Part shown: one piece after another, positions 46,608-57,469 of the stretch
How the letters are laid out: each line of letters begins with the position of its first letter
Position numbering within the stretch: the first letter of the stretch is position 1
Origin: Camelus ferus
Lineage: Eukaryota
Direction: 5' to 3'
Length of the DNA: 64,000 nt
NCBI RefSeq assembly: GCF_009834535.1
Contig: NC_045698.1
Location: 1,304,001 to 1,368,000 of the forward strand
Translations under genes and position numbers: made by a program
The notes under the pieces: generated by a model
Databases searched by the model: none
What the model was told of the DNA's origin: nothing
Seen by the model: the letters and a program-made list of their open reading frames with translations, nothing else

Positions 46608-49329
46608 CCTGTGCGCACAGCTCTTTGTGAGAAAACTCACAAGCGTGCCAGGCCCCGGGCCCTGCAAGACCAGGAGAACCCAGGGCTTTTCCTAACGAGG
46701 CCTCCTACCCTCCAGGATCTAGGGTGCCGCCTTCCTCTGGCCTGTCCCCTTCCCGCTGAATTTTACCCTGAGGTTAGGGATGCACAAGGAGGAAAGGGAA
46801 GACGGGGGAGGGGCGGGGGATGGCGGGGCCCCCACTGCAAGCACCCTCCTGAGAGTTTACATTTGTGGTCTTTTTCATCCCAGTGCCAACGCCCCGAGGT
46901 GGGTAGGACTTTGCAGACAAGAGAGCTGAGGACCTCGGAGAGTGAGGCTCGGAGGGTTAGGAGAGGCTGCACAGAGACCCTGGGTCGTGTGGGACCCGCC
47001 TCTGGGCGGGGGGCACTGGCCTGGCTCAGCCCATGCTGGCTGTCTGCGGACTGGACAGGAGCTCGGACCTCGCAGGTGTAAGGTGACCCAGTTACCACGG
47101 GTCCCGTCCCAGGAGAGGTGGCCAGGCCCGGAGAGCGTGCGCTGTCCAGGGTGGGTCACTGAGAAGGTCGCCTTGGTGGTGGCACTAGCGTGCACACGCT
47201 TTCATCGTGGTGGCTGTGGCCTGGTCCCATCCCTACCCACTGCCCCAGCGCCCCCTCCGCTGAGGCCCCAGGAGTCAGTTACACTGAGAATCCCGCAGCC
47301 ACTCTTCTCAGTCCCAGCTCGGGCTCAGCCAGGGTCCGAGGGTGTGTGTGTGTGAACTCTGAGAGGCTGTGAAGGCTTCAGACGGGAGGCGGGACCTGCC
47401 CCAGGTTGTGTGCGAGGCGAGGGCTCCACCCCGAGCCACCTCCATCCAGGACCCCCCAGAACCCAGAGCACCCCCGGGGGCCAGGTCGCTCCAGGTTGGG
47501 AAGCGCTGTGTTGCCAGAACAGAGGCTGCGTCCCGAGCGCCTCGCGGGTCTGCCCGCTGCTCAGTGCCCACCCGCTGCTGCCCCGTGATGTGTGACTTGA
47601 CATTTAACTTTAAAATACAAATGGGACTTGAGCCCAGGATTGAACTGAGTCCCTCTACTGCAGATTCGCTGGCTCGGTCGGGATCCCGCCAGGAGGACGG
47701 AAGCCAGTGTGTGCGTCTAGAACGCAATGCCTCGGGCAGGAGAACGGGGCCCCGGGCCGCTGGGGTGAGGCCGGGGCCCCCGGGCAGCAGAGCACCACTG
47801 GGACTTCAGCCAAGCGGGCAGTGTCCCTGCACCCTCGGGCACTAGGGGAGCGCCACTGGCCTCCGCTCTGGGCCGGGGCTGCCAGACCTCACCTGGGAGG
47901 CTCTGCTCCACACCTGCCACGTGCAAGGTCCCCCTTTCATTTCCTTCTGTGATGGAGGTGGCCTGGGAGAGGGGTGGTGACTCTGAGCTGACACCAGAGG
48001 AGCCGCACAGGACCCAGGCTGGTCTGGACCAACGCGAGACTTCAGAGCCGCTGAGGTGTGCCGCTGGCCGTGGGGCCGCTTCTTCCAGAGACGGCCAGTG
48101 GGTGTGGTCACCGTGAGGTGTCCGGGGACTGTCCGAAGTTCCCTGAGCGGGCTCTGCCGGGGGATCTCCCTGCAGGAGCAGTGACTGATGGCGACCCAAG
48201 GCTGGGACGTGCTTCCTGAATGCACCACCTACAAAGGCTTAAGGGGACTAACACCTAAGTCTGTTCCCAGCAGCGAGTTGGGGCCAAGTCACCTTTGGTG
48301 TACTTGTGTGTCCTGGGTGCCAGAGTCTGAGAGAGTCGCACTGGCTGCCGCTGCTCATCCAAGCTGACTACTCTCCCGGGGTTGGGGGGCTTCTAAGCCT
48401 GCAGGTCCGGCCGCGGATGGTGAGGGCAGTGGGGGCCCGGGCAGGGCACACGGCTCCTTCTCGGGGTGGCCTGCGCCGTGCAGACCCCTGGACGCCTCCT
48501 GCTGTCCTCCTCACTGCACTCTCGCTCCTGGACACACGCCCCAGGCCTTGGGTTCCCACTGCCCGTGGATGTGGACGTGCGGGGCCGAGAAGGCATCTCG
48601 GGGGTTAATTCTCCACAGTCACCAGAAGAAAGCAAATAATACGATTGGGGTGCTGGTTTGTAAAATGAATTTTCAATGTGTAGCCCGCAGATGATCACCA
48701 ATTGTGGTCAGTAAATAAAGGGCGCCTGATGGTTATTGCTGTCGGGAGTAATCATAATCCTCGCACACTGGGGCTGCGGAGTGCCCCGTTTGTGGCCGGC
48801 GTGGCTGACCCGCTGGCTTCGGCCGCTCCTTTCACGGGACGCTATTACTCACAGGGGACTGATCAATATTTCATCTGCACAATGTTCTCACTGAGGTGTC
48901 TGTGTCCATCGTGGGCCCGCTGATAAAGACTCCTTTATTCAGGCCAGCTTGTAGGAACAGGAGAGGAAAGGAAAGGGGAGAGAATTACAGCAGATGCTCA
49001 TAAAAGTGTCGCGAGGGTTACAAGCGGAAAACAAGAGGACAGCGCCTGGACGGGGAGGGAGTGCGTCGGGAAAGAAAGTGCAGAGGTTTCTCAAGTCCTA
49101 CGGAAAAGAGGGGGCCTGTTTCACGGAGTTTTCTCAACGTGCTAAAAAGCTCAGTAAGTTTTAATCAATCTTTTGAAATTCATTCTCTTGTAAAAGATTG
49201 ATTTCATAAACCTGAGGTTTAACAGCCAAGTATTTTTCTTCCATTCTGAGTAACTTCAGTGCCTCCCTGTAAATAAGAACTCATCACTCTTTCCTCCCAA
49301 ATCCATCCCCGTTTGTTTTCCTTTAGGGA

Positions 49330-49620
49330 CCTGGCTTCCCGACTGTCCTGACGGCCCAGCTCAGACGCGCTCCTGCCCGCCGGCTCAGGTTTGCTCTCCA
49401 AGACCCCCGCCTTTGGCAGCTGCTGCGGGTCTGGCTGAGGGGTGAGCTGAGCGCGCTGCAGAGCGCGCTGCAGAGAGTGTGCGCGGGACGGCCTCAGGCT
49501 TGCACCAGGCACCCACTCCCGTCGAACAACCTTGTCGCCTGGTCTCCCTCACCCACGCGTGCCGGCGCCGTCCCGCCAACCGGAAGTGGCGGTGCATTGC
49601 TGGGACCTGTGTTATGTTAA
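49330..49620. promoter_or_regulatory. CpG-dense element with consensus ETS site; candidate promoter or enhancer
   Basis: ACCGGAAGT at 49579-49587, tandem GAGCGCGCTGCA x2 at 49449-49472 and many CpG/GCGC. Motif evidence only. Confidence 0.3.
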
Positions 49621-51307
49621 TTAGAAGACGGGCACAGAGCCTGGATGATGTGCCCTGGGTCCGGGCCCTGGTTGTGCTGGGTGCAGGGTTTGAATTCTGA
49701 TGGTCTGATTCTGGAATCCAGAGTCTTCTAGAACCACCCGTGATCTCTAAGAACAGCCCCAGGAAGGCCTGAGTCACTCTGCTCATCCCTGCGACTGTCT
49801 TGTGGTGCTGGGTGGTCTCCACCTCCCACAGTAGGGGGCCATCCTGCGCCCGGGCTGCTGGGCCCCGGAGCTCCAGTCCCCTGGCATGGGCACCGGCTGA
49901 AGTGCCTGCTGTGTTGACAAGGGCCCGTGGTTCGGTTCTGTTTGGTTCTGTTGTAGTTTGTGATGCAAAGGGCAGCAGAGGAGCAAATACAGAAAAGCAC
50001 CGAGAAGCCGCTGGACCCCCCCGGACTCTTGATTCAGGGCGTCCGTCCGAACATACTGGAGGTGAGAGCTTCCAGCAGACAGGGCGTGGGCCCCAAGGTG
50101 AGCTGGGGAAAGGGCACAGTCGCCTCCTCTGCAGTCAGCAGCCCTGCCCTCTGAGCCCGCCCTCCACCCGGGCAGCCTCCCACACAGGAGATGCCCGCTT
50201 GGCCTGGGGGGAGCACAGTCTTCTCCCCGTGGCTCCAAGGACGGCGGACGGGGGTTGGGAGGGGCACGCGGGCTGGACGGAGGAAGCGGACGGAGCGGGA
50301 TGAAACGCGGACAACCGAAGAGCGGAGAAAAGCAGGGGGCTGTGACGTGGCACTCATTCCCCCAAGAGGGCCGGGACGCACCAAGCATGACAGCAGCAGG
50401 CCAGAGCCTCCAGCAGAGATGCACTTTTAACAGATGCGACAGATAATAGGTTAAGATGTTGAAAACAAGGAGTTCTCTTATGTACATTTAAAACTAACAA
50501 AAAGCAATGGAAACTACGAGCAAAAAAGATCAATAGGAAACCGACCTTCCACCCCCCAAATGCCAAAAAAGCCTTTCATCTCTGGAGCAGCGCAGGACTC
50601 CGCAACCAGACAGGATGTGCTAACTCCCGGCAAAGTGCTGAGGCGGCTTTCGCGGCTCGGGGGCCGCGGCCCAGGGCTGGGGGCACGAGGCTCACACAGC
50701 CTGCGGGCGGGAATGAAAACAGAGCCACCTTGTGTGGCGAGACGGCTGGAGATACGGCTCAAGAACCAGGAAGGTGCTGAAGTGGCGTGTCCCGCTCGCT
50801 GGAGTCTAAGAACGTGTCCTGGAGAAAGAAGTCGATGCGAGCGGAGGCTTCGTTAGCACAGGTGTGTGCAGAAACTCGCTTAGTGTGACCGTCACAGCCA
50901 GCCAGCAACTAAAGGTGACTCGGCGTCTCACAGTGCAGTGCCACTTTCTGATCCCATCGTCGTGGTCCCAAGGCACAGTGGGGCTTTCATAATCTTAAAC
51001 GCCGTTCGACACTGCGGGACGATAATAGCAACGTACAGTTTGATTAAACACGTGCAGCGTAATCTCTAATCTGCTTTCAGTACGTAAATCTGATGCATAG
51101 AAGGTACTGGGGAAGCAGCAGAGTGTCTCAGCGCGGGGGGAGCGCGGCGTGGTTCCTGACTGGGATACTTGGGGGGGCACTTAATCCCTAAATCCACCGC
51201 TCTGTCTGCCTCCCTAGTGCATGCACTTTCTGCATGTACAAATGGAGATTAAAACTAGCAGACGCCTCCCAGAATCGCGGGGAGGACGCAGGAGCCCAGG
51301 GCACAGC

Positions 51308-51625
51308 CTGCAGTCTGCGAACGTCTGGCCCGGCCAGACCGCAGCATCCTTCGCTCCGGGGGCTGCACCCTCCCCGTCGAGTTTGCTCTGCACTTGTAGC
51401 TCAAAAGCAGCTGCAGGAGATTCGCAAGCAGATGTGGGGACCGTGCCAAGAAAACTTATTTATGGGCACAAAAATTTGAATTGCAATTAATTTTTGCGTG
51501 TCATGAAATATTCTTATTTTGACTTTTTGTCAACCATTTAGAAATGTAAAATCCATTCCGAGCCTGGGGCTGTACAAAGGCAAGCGCAGCCGGAGTGGTC
51601 CAGGCGCGGCCGTGCACTGACCCTG
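51308..51625 (+). mobile_element. MER58B-like hAT-Charlie DNA transposon fossil
   Basis: TTGTAGCTCAAAAGCAGC...GTGCCAAGAAAACTTATTTATGGGCAC.AAAATTTGAATT...GTGTCATGAAATATTCTT...CAACCATTTAGAAATGTAAAA...TGACCCTG; ~320 bp. Confidence 0.85.
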
Positions 51626-53179
51626 ACGCAGGAGGTTGCCTGGAGCTTATGTTAAGAGCTAAAGCGATTATTTCATCGTTACCTGTAAATCGGGGAGAAA
51701 AGACGACGTAAACTCTGACACCTTCTAATTGTAGCTGGTTTTTACTTTCCTTACCTTTTTCTAGATTTTCCAACTTTTCTAAGTGAGATGTCATAAGTAA
51801 TCATTTTATAACTTAAAAAGTGTAAACGTTGAAAGTCACATAAAGCAAGAACATCACCATCTCTGTAAGAACAGCAGGAAAAGAAAGCAACCAGTGTGCC
51901 CAAAACCCGCCTCGTCTCGGGGCCGATGGCGCTAAGAGGTCTTCGAGCGTCTGGGAAAGAGCTCAGGGGCTAAAAGCAAACACCGCTTGAGAAGCAGCAA
52001 AGGAGCCGTGTTTCCTTCTCTAGTTGAAGGAAAAATATTTATTCTGCTGCTGGACCTTGTCGCGGGAGAGCCGGGGAGCTGCAGCCCTGAACCACGGTTG
52101 TGACCTCATAAAGCACTGAAGTTCGTATTCACCAAGGAGAAGTATTCTGGCGGGAGGACATGTGTTAGAGTATAAAAAAGAAGCAGATTTGAGATGGAAC
52201 ATCTTTCGTGTTTGCTTGTTTCTGATTTAAGAACCCGAAAGTCCCAGCGTGAGAGTTCTTCTAAACTGGACTAACCAGTAAGTCAATCTGTTATTCAAAT
52301 GAATGGACACACTCGGGACATAGGACCAGAGTCCTCAGCTTTTCTGTTATGTTTTGGGCTGAATCTTTTTTGCAAGAGGAGTTCAGAGACTAATTAAACT
52401 CTCCTTTTATTTTTTCCAATTTACTGCAAGGGGCAGACGGAGCTGGGGAGATGTGGCTTCGGCTGTGGAATGGCCTTTGCTCTCATTCGACGTGTTAAAG
52501 AGGAGGTGGCAGAATAGAACCTGACGAGCACCTGTTGCAACAAAATGGGGGACAAGGCACGCCATGAACCCCGGGTGCGTGCACAGGAGGATGAACGGGC
52601 GCGTCCCACGGGACCTGCGGGCTGTGAGCGCCCAGGTGGAGGGGAGCAGAGGGCATAACAGGCGTCTGTGAACCTGGCAGGAGGAAACGGACCCTGCAGG
52701 TGCTCCCAGAGAGCCCCGCAGGCCACCTGGAGGGCAGCACAGACGTGCTGGGAGGGCCTGTCACTCAGGGGGTGGGCCTGTCACTCACGTGGGCCGGCCC
52801 ATCCAGCCCCGCGGGGTTTCCTCTGAGACTGGGCGCCTTCTCCGGAGACCAAAGGAAGTCAGCAGGAGAGAAGAGGAGGTGAAAGAAGATTTGCTCCAGA
52901 GAAACGGGGCAGAGCCAGGGGCCCCTGTGAGCAGCAGCCATCCCACCGCTGAGGGCCAGCAGCAGCAGGGGTTCCGTGAAGACGGAGCCGCCCTGTGCCC
53001 CCGCCTTCCAGGCCGGGGACAGAGAATCCACATAGAAATGAGAACAGAAAGCTACCGGGGCCAAATCTCAAGCAAAGTTTTAATAAGGAAAGAAGGAGGA
53101 ACAGAATCACATCCCTACGAGGACAGAAGAGTGGCGGAAAAGCGGACAAATGAGAGCCCCCACTCATCCAAACTGCGAT

Positions 53180-53800
53180 GAGAGACCCTGAGAGACGACG
53201 CAAGACGGGAAACAAGCAACAAAAGTCAGAATCAGAAACACAGAAATGAGGTGGAAAAAACAGGGAATAATTAGAATAAAATAATCAGAAATAAATGATA
53301 AACGAAAAGAAATAGATGAATGAACACTGAAATAGAAGCGGGAAAATTTTCACTAATAGAAAATTGAGAGGTCAAAGGATTTCGAAGTGACAAATAGTGA
53401 AGTTAAGCAAAGAAAAAGCTTAACATAAATACAGGTGCCTGGGAAGAAAAGCTGAAGTGAAAGGAAACAGGAGAAATACTAAAAACTATAACTCGAGAAA
53501 ATATTCCTGAAATTAAAAAAAAAAAGAGAGAGAGAGAGAGAACTTGAAGCTACGTAGTCAAAGAGCAGAGCTTTTGTCTCAGGATCTGGACCCAACAGGC
53601 AACATCAACAGCATTTCAGTACAAGTCCTGGGTTTGACAAAAAAAGAACAAAAACTCCTTTTGGGGTCCAGGCAAAAATTACAAGTCATTCACAAGGGAG
53701 AGAAGTTATGTTTTATTTTCATCACCCGGTTCAACAACACCACTTCATGCCCGAAGTGAGTGGAGTGTACGCATCTGGTATGTTTAGGAAAAGAGAATAA
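53180..53800 (+). mobile_element. HAL1-like or L1M ORF1-region fossil
   Basis: A-rich block with ORF1-like motifs AACATAAATACAGGTGCCTGGGAAGAAAA, CGAGAAAATATTCCTGAAATTAAAA, TCAAAGAGCA, CAAGTCATTCACAAGGGA. Contains an A11(GA)8 tract at ~53515-53540. Confidence 0.7.
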
Positions 53801-54384
53801 GGGCGGTCGCTTTTGCAGACACTTTCTGTTACTTGCCTGCTGTCTGTTGCCAACACGCAAACAGCCTGCGTAAAGCTGTGCCCCCGAGCCCTTTCCGGGA
53901 AATCTACTTGAGAACCAACCGGAGGCAACAAAAAGCCAGAGCAGCTTTGACGGGGGACTGGAGGCATCAGCGTGTAGTGGGCGAGGAGACCACGCCAGAG
54001 CTGGGAGGGAGGATGTCTGCAGACACAGGCAGAGCCTTCCTCCAACGCGGCGTCACCCCCCCCCGACAGCCCGGGGCTGGTCGTTTGCGTGGGACAAAAT
54101 AAGTGAGCAGCTGCGAGGCACTCTAACTGCATGGCACCCTCTCATCTCGCAGCAGGACTCTTGGCATGGATGGGTCTAACATGCACCCCTTTCCGTGGTC
54201 CTGGCTCTGGGTGGAAATATCAGTGTGAATTCCAGAGGCGGCTAGTCTTTCTGAATGAACATCACAACGCTGTTCTCTCTGCAGGCTTGGGAACACAGGC
54301 CATCAGCAGTGAGCACCCCAGCCCTGGGAATGCTGGTTCTGAAGGACCCTCTCCTGCTAAAAGGGAGCTGGGCTTCCTGGGGAG

Positions 54385-55075
54385 GTGTCTGATTTCTGGC
54401 CTGGAGCCTGGAATATGCTGTTACGGAGGATAGCGAGGAAGCCATCAGTGGCTCTTGGTCACGTCAGAAGGACACAAGGGCCAATTCAGATCTGCTCCCC
54501 TGGCCAAGGATGGGACGTGTGAGCTTCCAAAACAATAGCAATGTCAACTAGTGACAAGCTGTCAGCAGTGTGTAAACCCACGGTTCTTAACACCGTTCAA
54601 AAGCAATACATGACCTTCAGGGGTGACAGGGAACCCACTGATTATCTCAGAAACTCCTGAGTAAAGGACAGCGGTCAGCCTCCCGGCCTGCCTTCCTCAC
54701 GTGAAGTGCTCCGGGGAGCCAAGCAGCGTGTAAGAAGAATCTTGTCATTGAATTTATTCCAACAAAAAAGTGAAAAAGCAATTGGAGAGGGGATCTGTGG
54801 ATGGAACAAAACTTAGACGACCTAACGAGTTCAGAAATGGGGAGGGCTGAGCGGCAGCACTAGGGGTGTGCCCTGGATGACAACGTGGTTTCTGCGGAGC
54901 CCAGGGCGAGGGCTGCTGGTGGGGGCTGCTGTGACGGGACAGGGCTTCTGGGGCCGCCGGGCCTAGGTTGTGCTTGTGGGGCGTTCACCCTGGACGACTC
55001 GTGATACAGTATGTTTGTTTCAGAGGGTTTGCTCTGTGTTTTATTTTACAATGAAAAGTTTAAAAGAATAAATTT
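54385..55075 (+). mobile_element. L1MC-type 3'UTR fragment(s) and L1M 3' end
   Basis: GGAAGCCATCAG...GGTCACGTCAGAAGGACACAAGGGCCAATTCAGA...CTGGCCAAGGATGGGAC resembles the L1MC3/4 3'UTR; ends in TGTTTTATTTTACAATGAAAAGTTTAAAA. Confidence 0.65.
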
Positions 55076-55394
55076 GTAGGGAATCAATGTAGTATAATTA
55101 TGCAATTATTTATTCTCAACATTGTAAAAAAAATAAGTACTCAAAAAAATAAGTTTCAGTGGTCAAGAGAGAAAACGGGTTCTCTGCTGAGCAGGCAGTC
55201 ACTGGGCTGCTGTGATATGCATGTGACCAACACGGAATGAGGCCGTGGCAGCCCTGGCAGGGATGCGCAGACCGCCACGCTTAGACGGCGCCGCGCGGCC
55301 CGCACAGGGCTGGCTCAGCGGTCACGCGTGGGGGCGCACGCTCTCCCCGCGGCTGGCCGCCGGCTGTGCTTTACAGGAGGTGCGATGGCTGACC

Positions 55395-55740
55395 TGCCAG
55401 GGGCTTGATGTCCTGAAAGGGCCCTTTGTGTTCCTGTTTATGAGCTTTCCCTGTTTTGCAGTTGGATTTTCTATTCGTTCCTTCCTGATTGCTGTTGCTT
55501 TTTGTATATAAGATATACTAAGCCTTGTCTTTGATAGGAATTAAAAAAATCCTTTCTCAACTTGCCACTTGAGTTTGTTTATGATGTTTGTTTGTGTGTT
55601 TTGTTTTCTTTGGCCATGCAGAAGCTTATTTTTTGGGGGGTTGGCAGCAGAAATATTCGGAGTGGTTGGGTGGAGGCCAGGGAAGTGCTCCAAGTATCCA
55701 TCATCAAGATCTCTCCTCTGTTGTCACATTGAAATATGGC
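55395..55740 (-). mobile_element. Old L1 (L1ME-like) ORF2 fragment
   Basis: T-rich antisense motifs TTCCTGATTG...TTTTGTATATAAGATATACTAAGCCTTGTCT and TTTGGCCATGCAGAAGCTTATTTTT. Confidence 0.6.
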
Positions 55741-57142
55741 TCTGCCTGTAGTGTCCCCTGGTCCAGAGGGGTGTCTGTGGTGACCTGGCTCCTAGAGCGC
55801 GTCAGAGCCCTGGCCATCGGAGGCCACACACCTGACTGTCCAGGTCGCATTTCGCTCTCCTCCTGGGGTGTGTTACCTCTCAGTCCCTCTGAGACCCCGA
55901 CGCCTGTGTCTCTGGCCCTGATGACTGTCACCTGCCCAGGATGTGGCCTCTCTTCCTGCAGGTCTCTGAGGTCCCCCTCACACCTCCGTGCACCCCTGTT
56001 CTTACCTGGACAGCTGGTCCGTGCTCCTCTGCCTTTGGGAACTTTTATAGCATCTCAGGATGTGCCTCCCTCCGAGGCCACTGGAGGCTGAGACCAATCC
56101 CAGCACTGGAGTCTCCATCTGCCCCCCCGCCCCTCCCCGGCAGCTGACTGGACCAGGGAGTGAGCTGCAGAGCCAACCTCACTGACACACACGATTCTTC
56201 GCTTCTCAGTGACGGGAAGAGCAGGAGGCCCGACCTCAGTTTTCAGTAAATAGTCTTGTTTAGCAATTTTATCAGCTGTCTGTCAGAAGTGTTCAAATGT
56301 TCCTAATTTTACGTGTCTGTCTCACATTGTTCCCTGGATTAGATAGAACATAGGTTACTTCCATCTTTCCGAGAATAATTACGCTCTGATATTATCAGGA
56401 ATATCATTCACGACTTACCTGTTTCCTGGAAAGTCTGTGCCCACTTCCCAGAAACGGCCAGAATGTGTAGGACTGTTTACCTCTTTGCCAGGAGGGAACA
56501 CATGATAAAACAGGCAGGCTATTGACAGGAGCTGACGTAGGCATTGCTTAGGTTGCAGGTGCTCGTGCACAAGTAAGTGACTTAATGAATTGCCATTTTG
56601 GAATCCATTTATGGAGCGGAGCGGCGCTGACCTGGAACAGCCCCTGGCTTTGCCCCCCAGCCTCCCTCCAGGGACCTGCCAACGGTGCCTCGCTCACGAT
56701 GTCAGCTTCTTTTGTTTGTGGGAGGCACGTCTGGTTGAAGGAGCGCATAGAGGCTGCCTCTGTGCCCGCAGCCTGGACTCTGGCTCCAGAAGCTGGTGAG
56801 GAGAGGAGTGAGGGAGGCTGGGATCTGGGCTCCCCCACGGTGGTCCACTTACCAGAGGGCAGGTGCCCTCTGTGGGCTGTGCTCAGCGACCCCTGGGGCT
56901 CCAGGACACCCGTGGGGCTCGGGGTCTGTCTGGGGACTGAGGACCAGCTTCCGCCCAGGACGCAGGCTCGTTGGATTCTGACACGTCGGCTGCTTTCCCA
57001 GTCCCCGTGCCTGTGTCTCCACCTGGGTGCTTACTATCTCTGCAGACTGGGGGCCTCCATCCTCAGGCCTGTGAAACTGAGCAGATCTTCCAGGGTTAGA
57101 GTCAAGTGTTTTCAGGATTCCTATGCTCATTAACATTTGAGA

Positions 57143-57230
57143 ACAAATATGAAAACGAATATATGTGTGTATACGTATGGCTGAAGCATTCTGCTGTACA
57201 CCAGAGATTGACTGATCTTCAATGAAAAAG
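57143..57230 (+). mobile_element. Extremely 5'-truncated LINE-1 3' terminus, camelid/cetartiodactyl type
   Basis: AATATGAAAACGAATATATGTGTGTATACGTATGGCTGAAGCATTCTGCTGTACACCAGAGATTGAC...CTTCAATGAAAAA is homologous to the tail of the 33.5-kb L1 (CTACACCAGAAACTAACAC on the minus strand). Flanked by CATTTGAGA at 57134-57142 and 57239-57247. Confidence 0.8.
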
Positions 57231-57469
57231 TATAACAGCATTTGAGAGCAACACCAAGCAGAGCTTCTGTCTCTCAGACCCTCGCTGCCGTCTGCCGAGG
57301 ACAGCTGCATCTCAGGCAAGCCCACGTTCCGGAAGCAACTGCCCAGGGCTCCCTGCAACGATGGGGGTCTCAGTGCCCCAGGGGACTTCTGGTGCCCCCT
57401 GTAGGTCCCTCCTTCTGCTCCAGGACATCAGCGCCCCGGTCTCTCTCTCCCTCTCTGTCTGCCTCTCCC

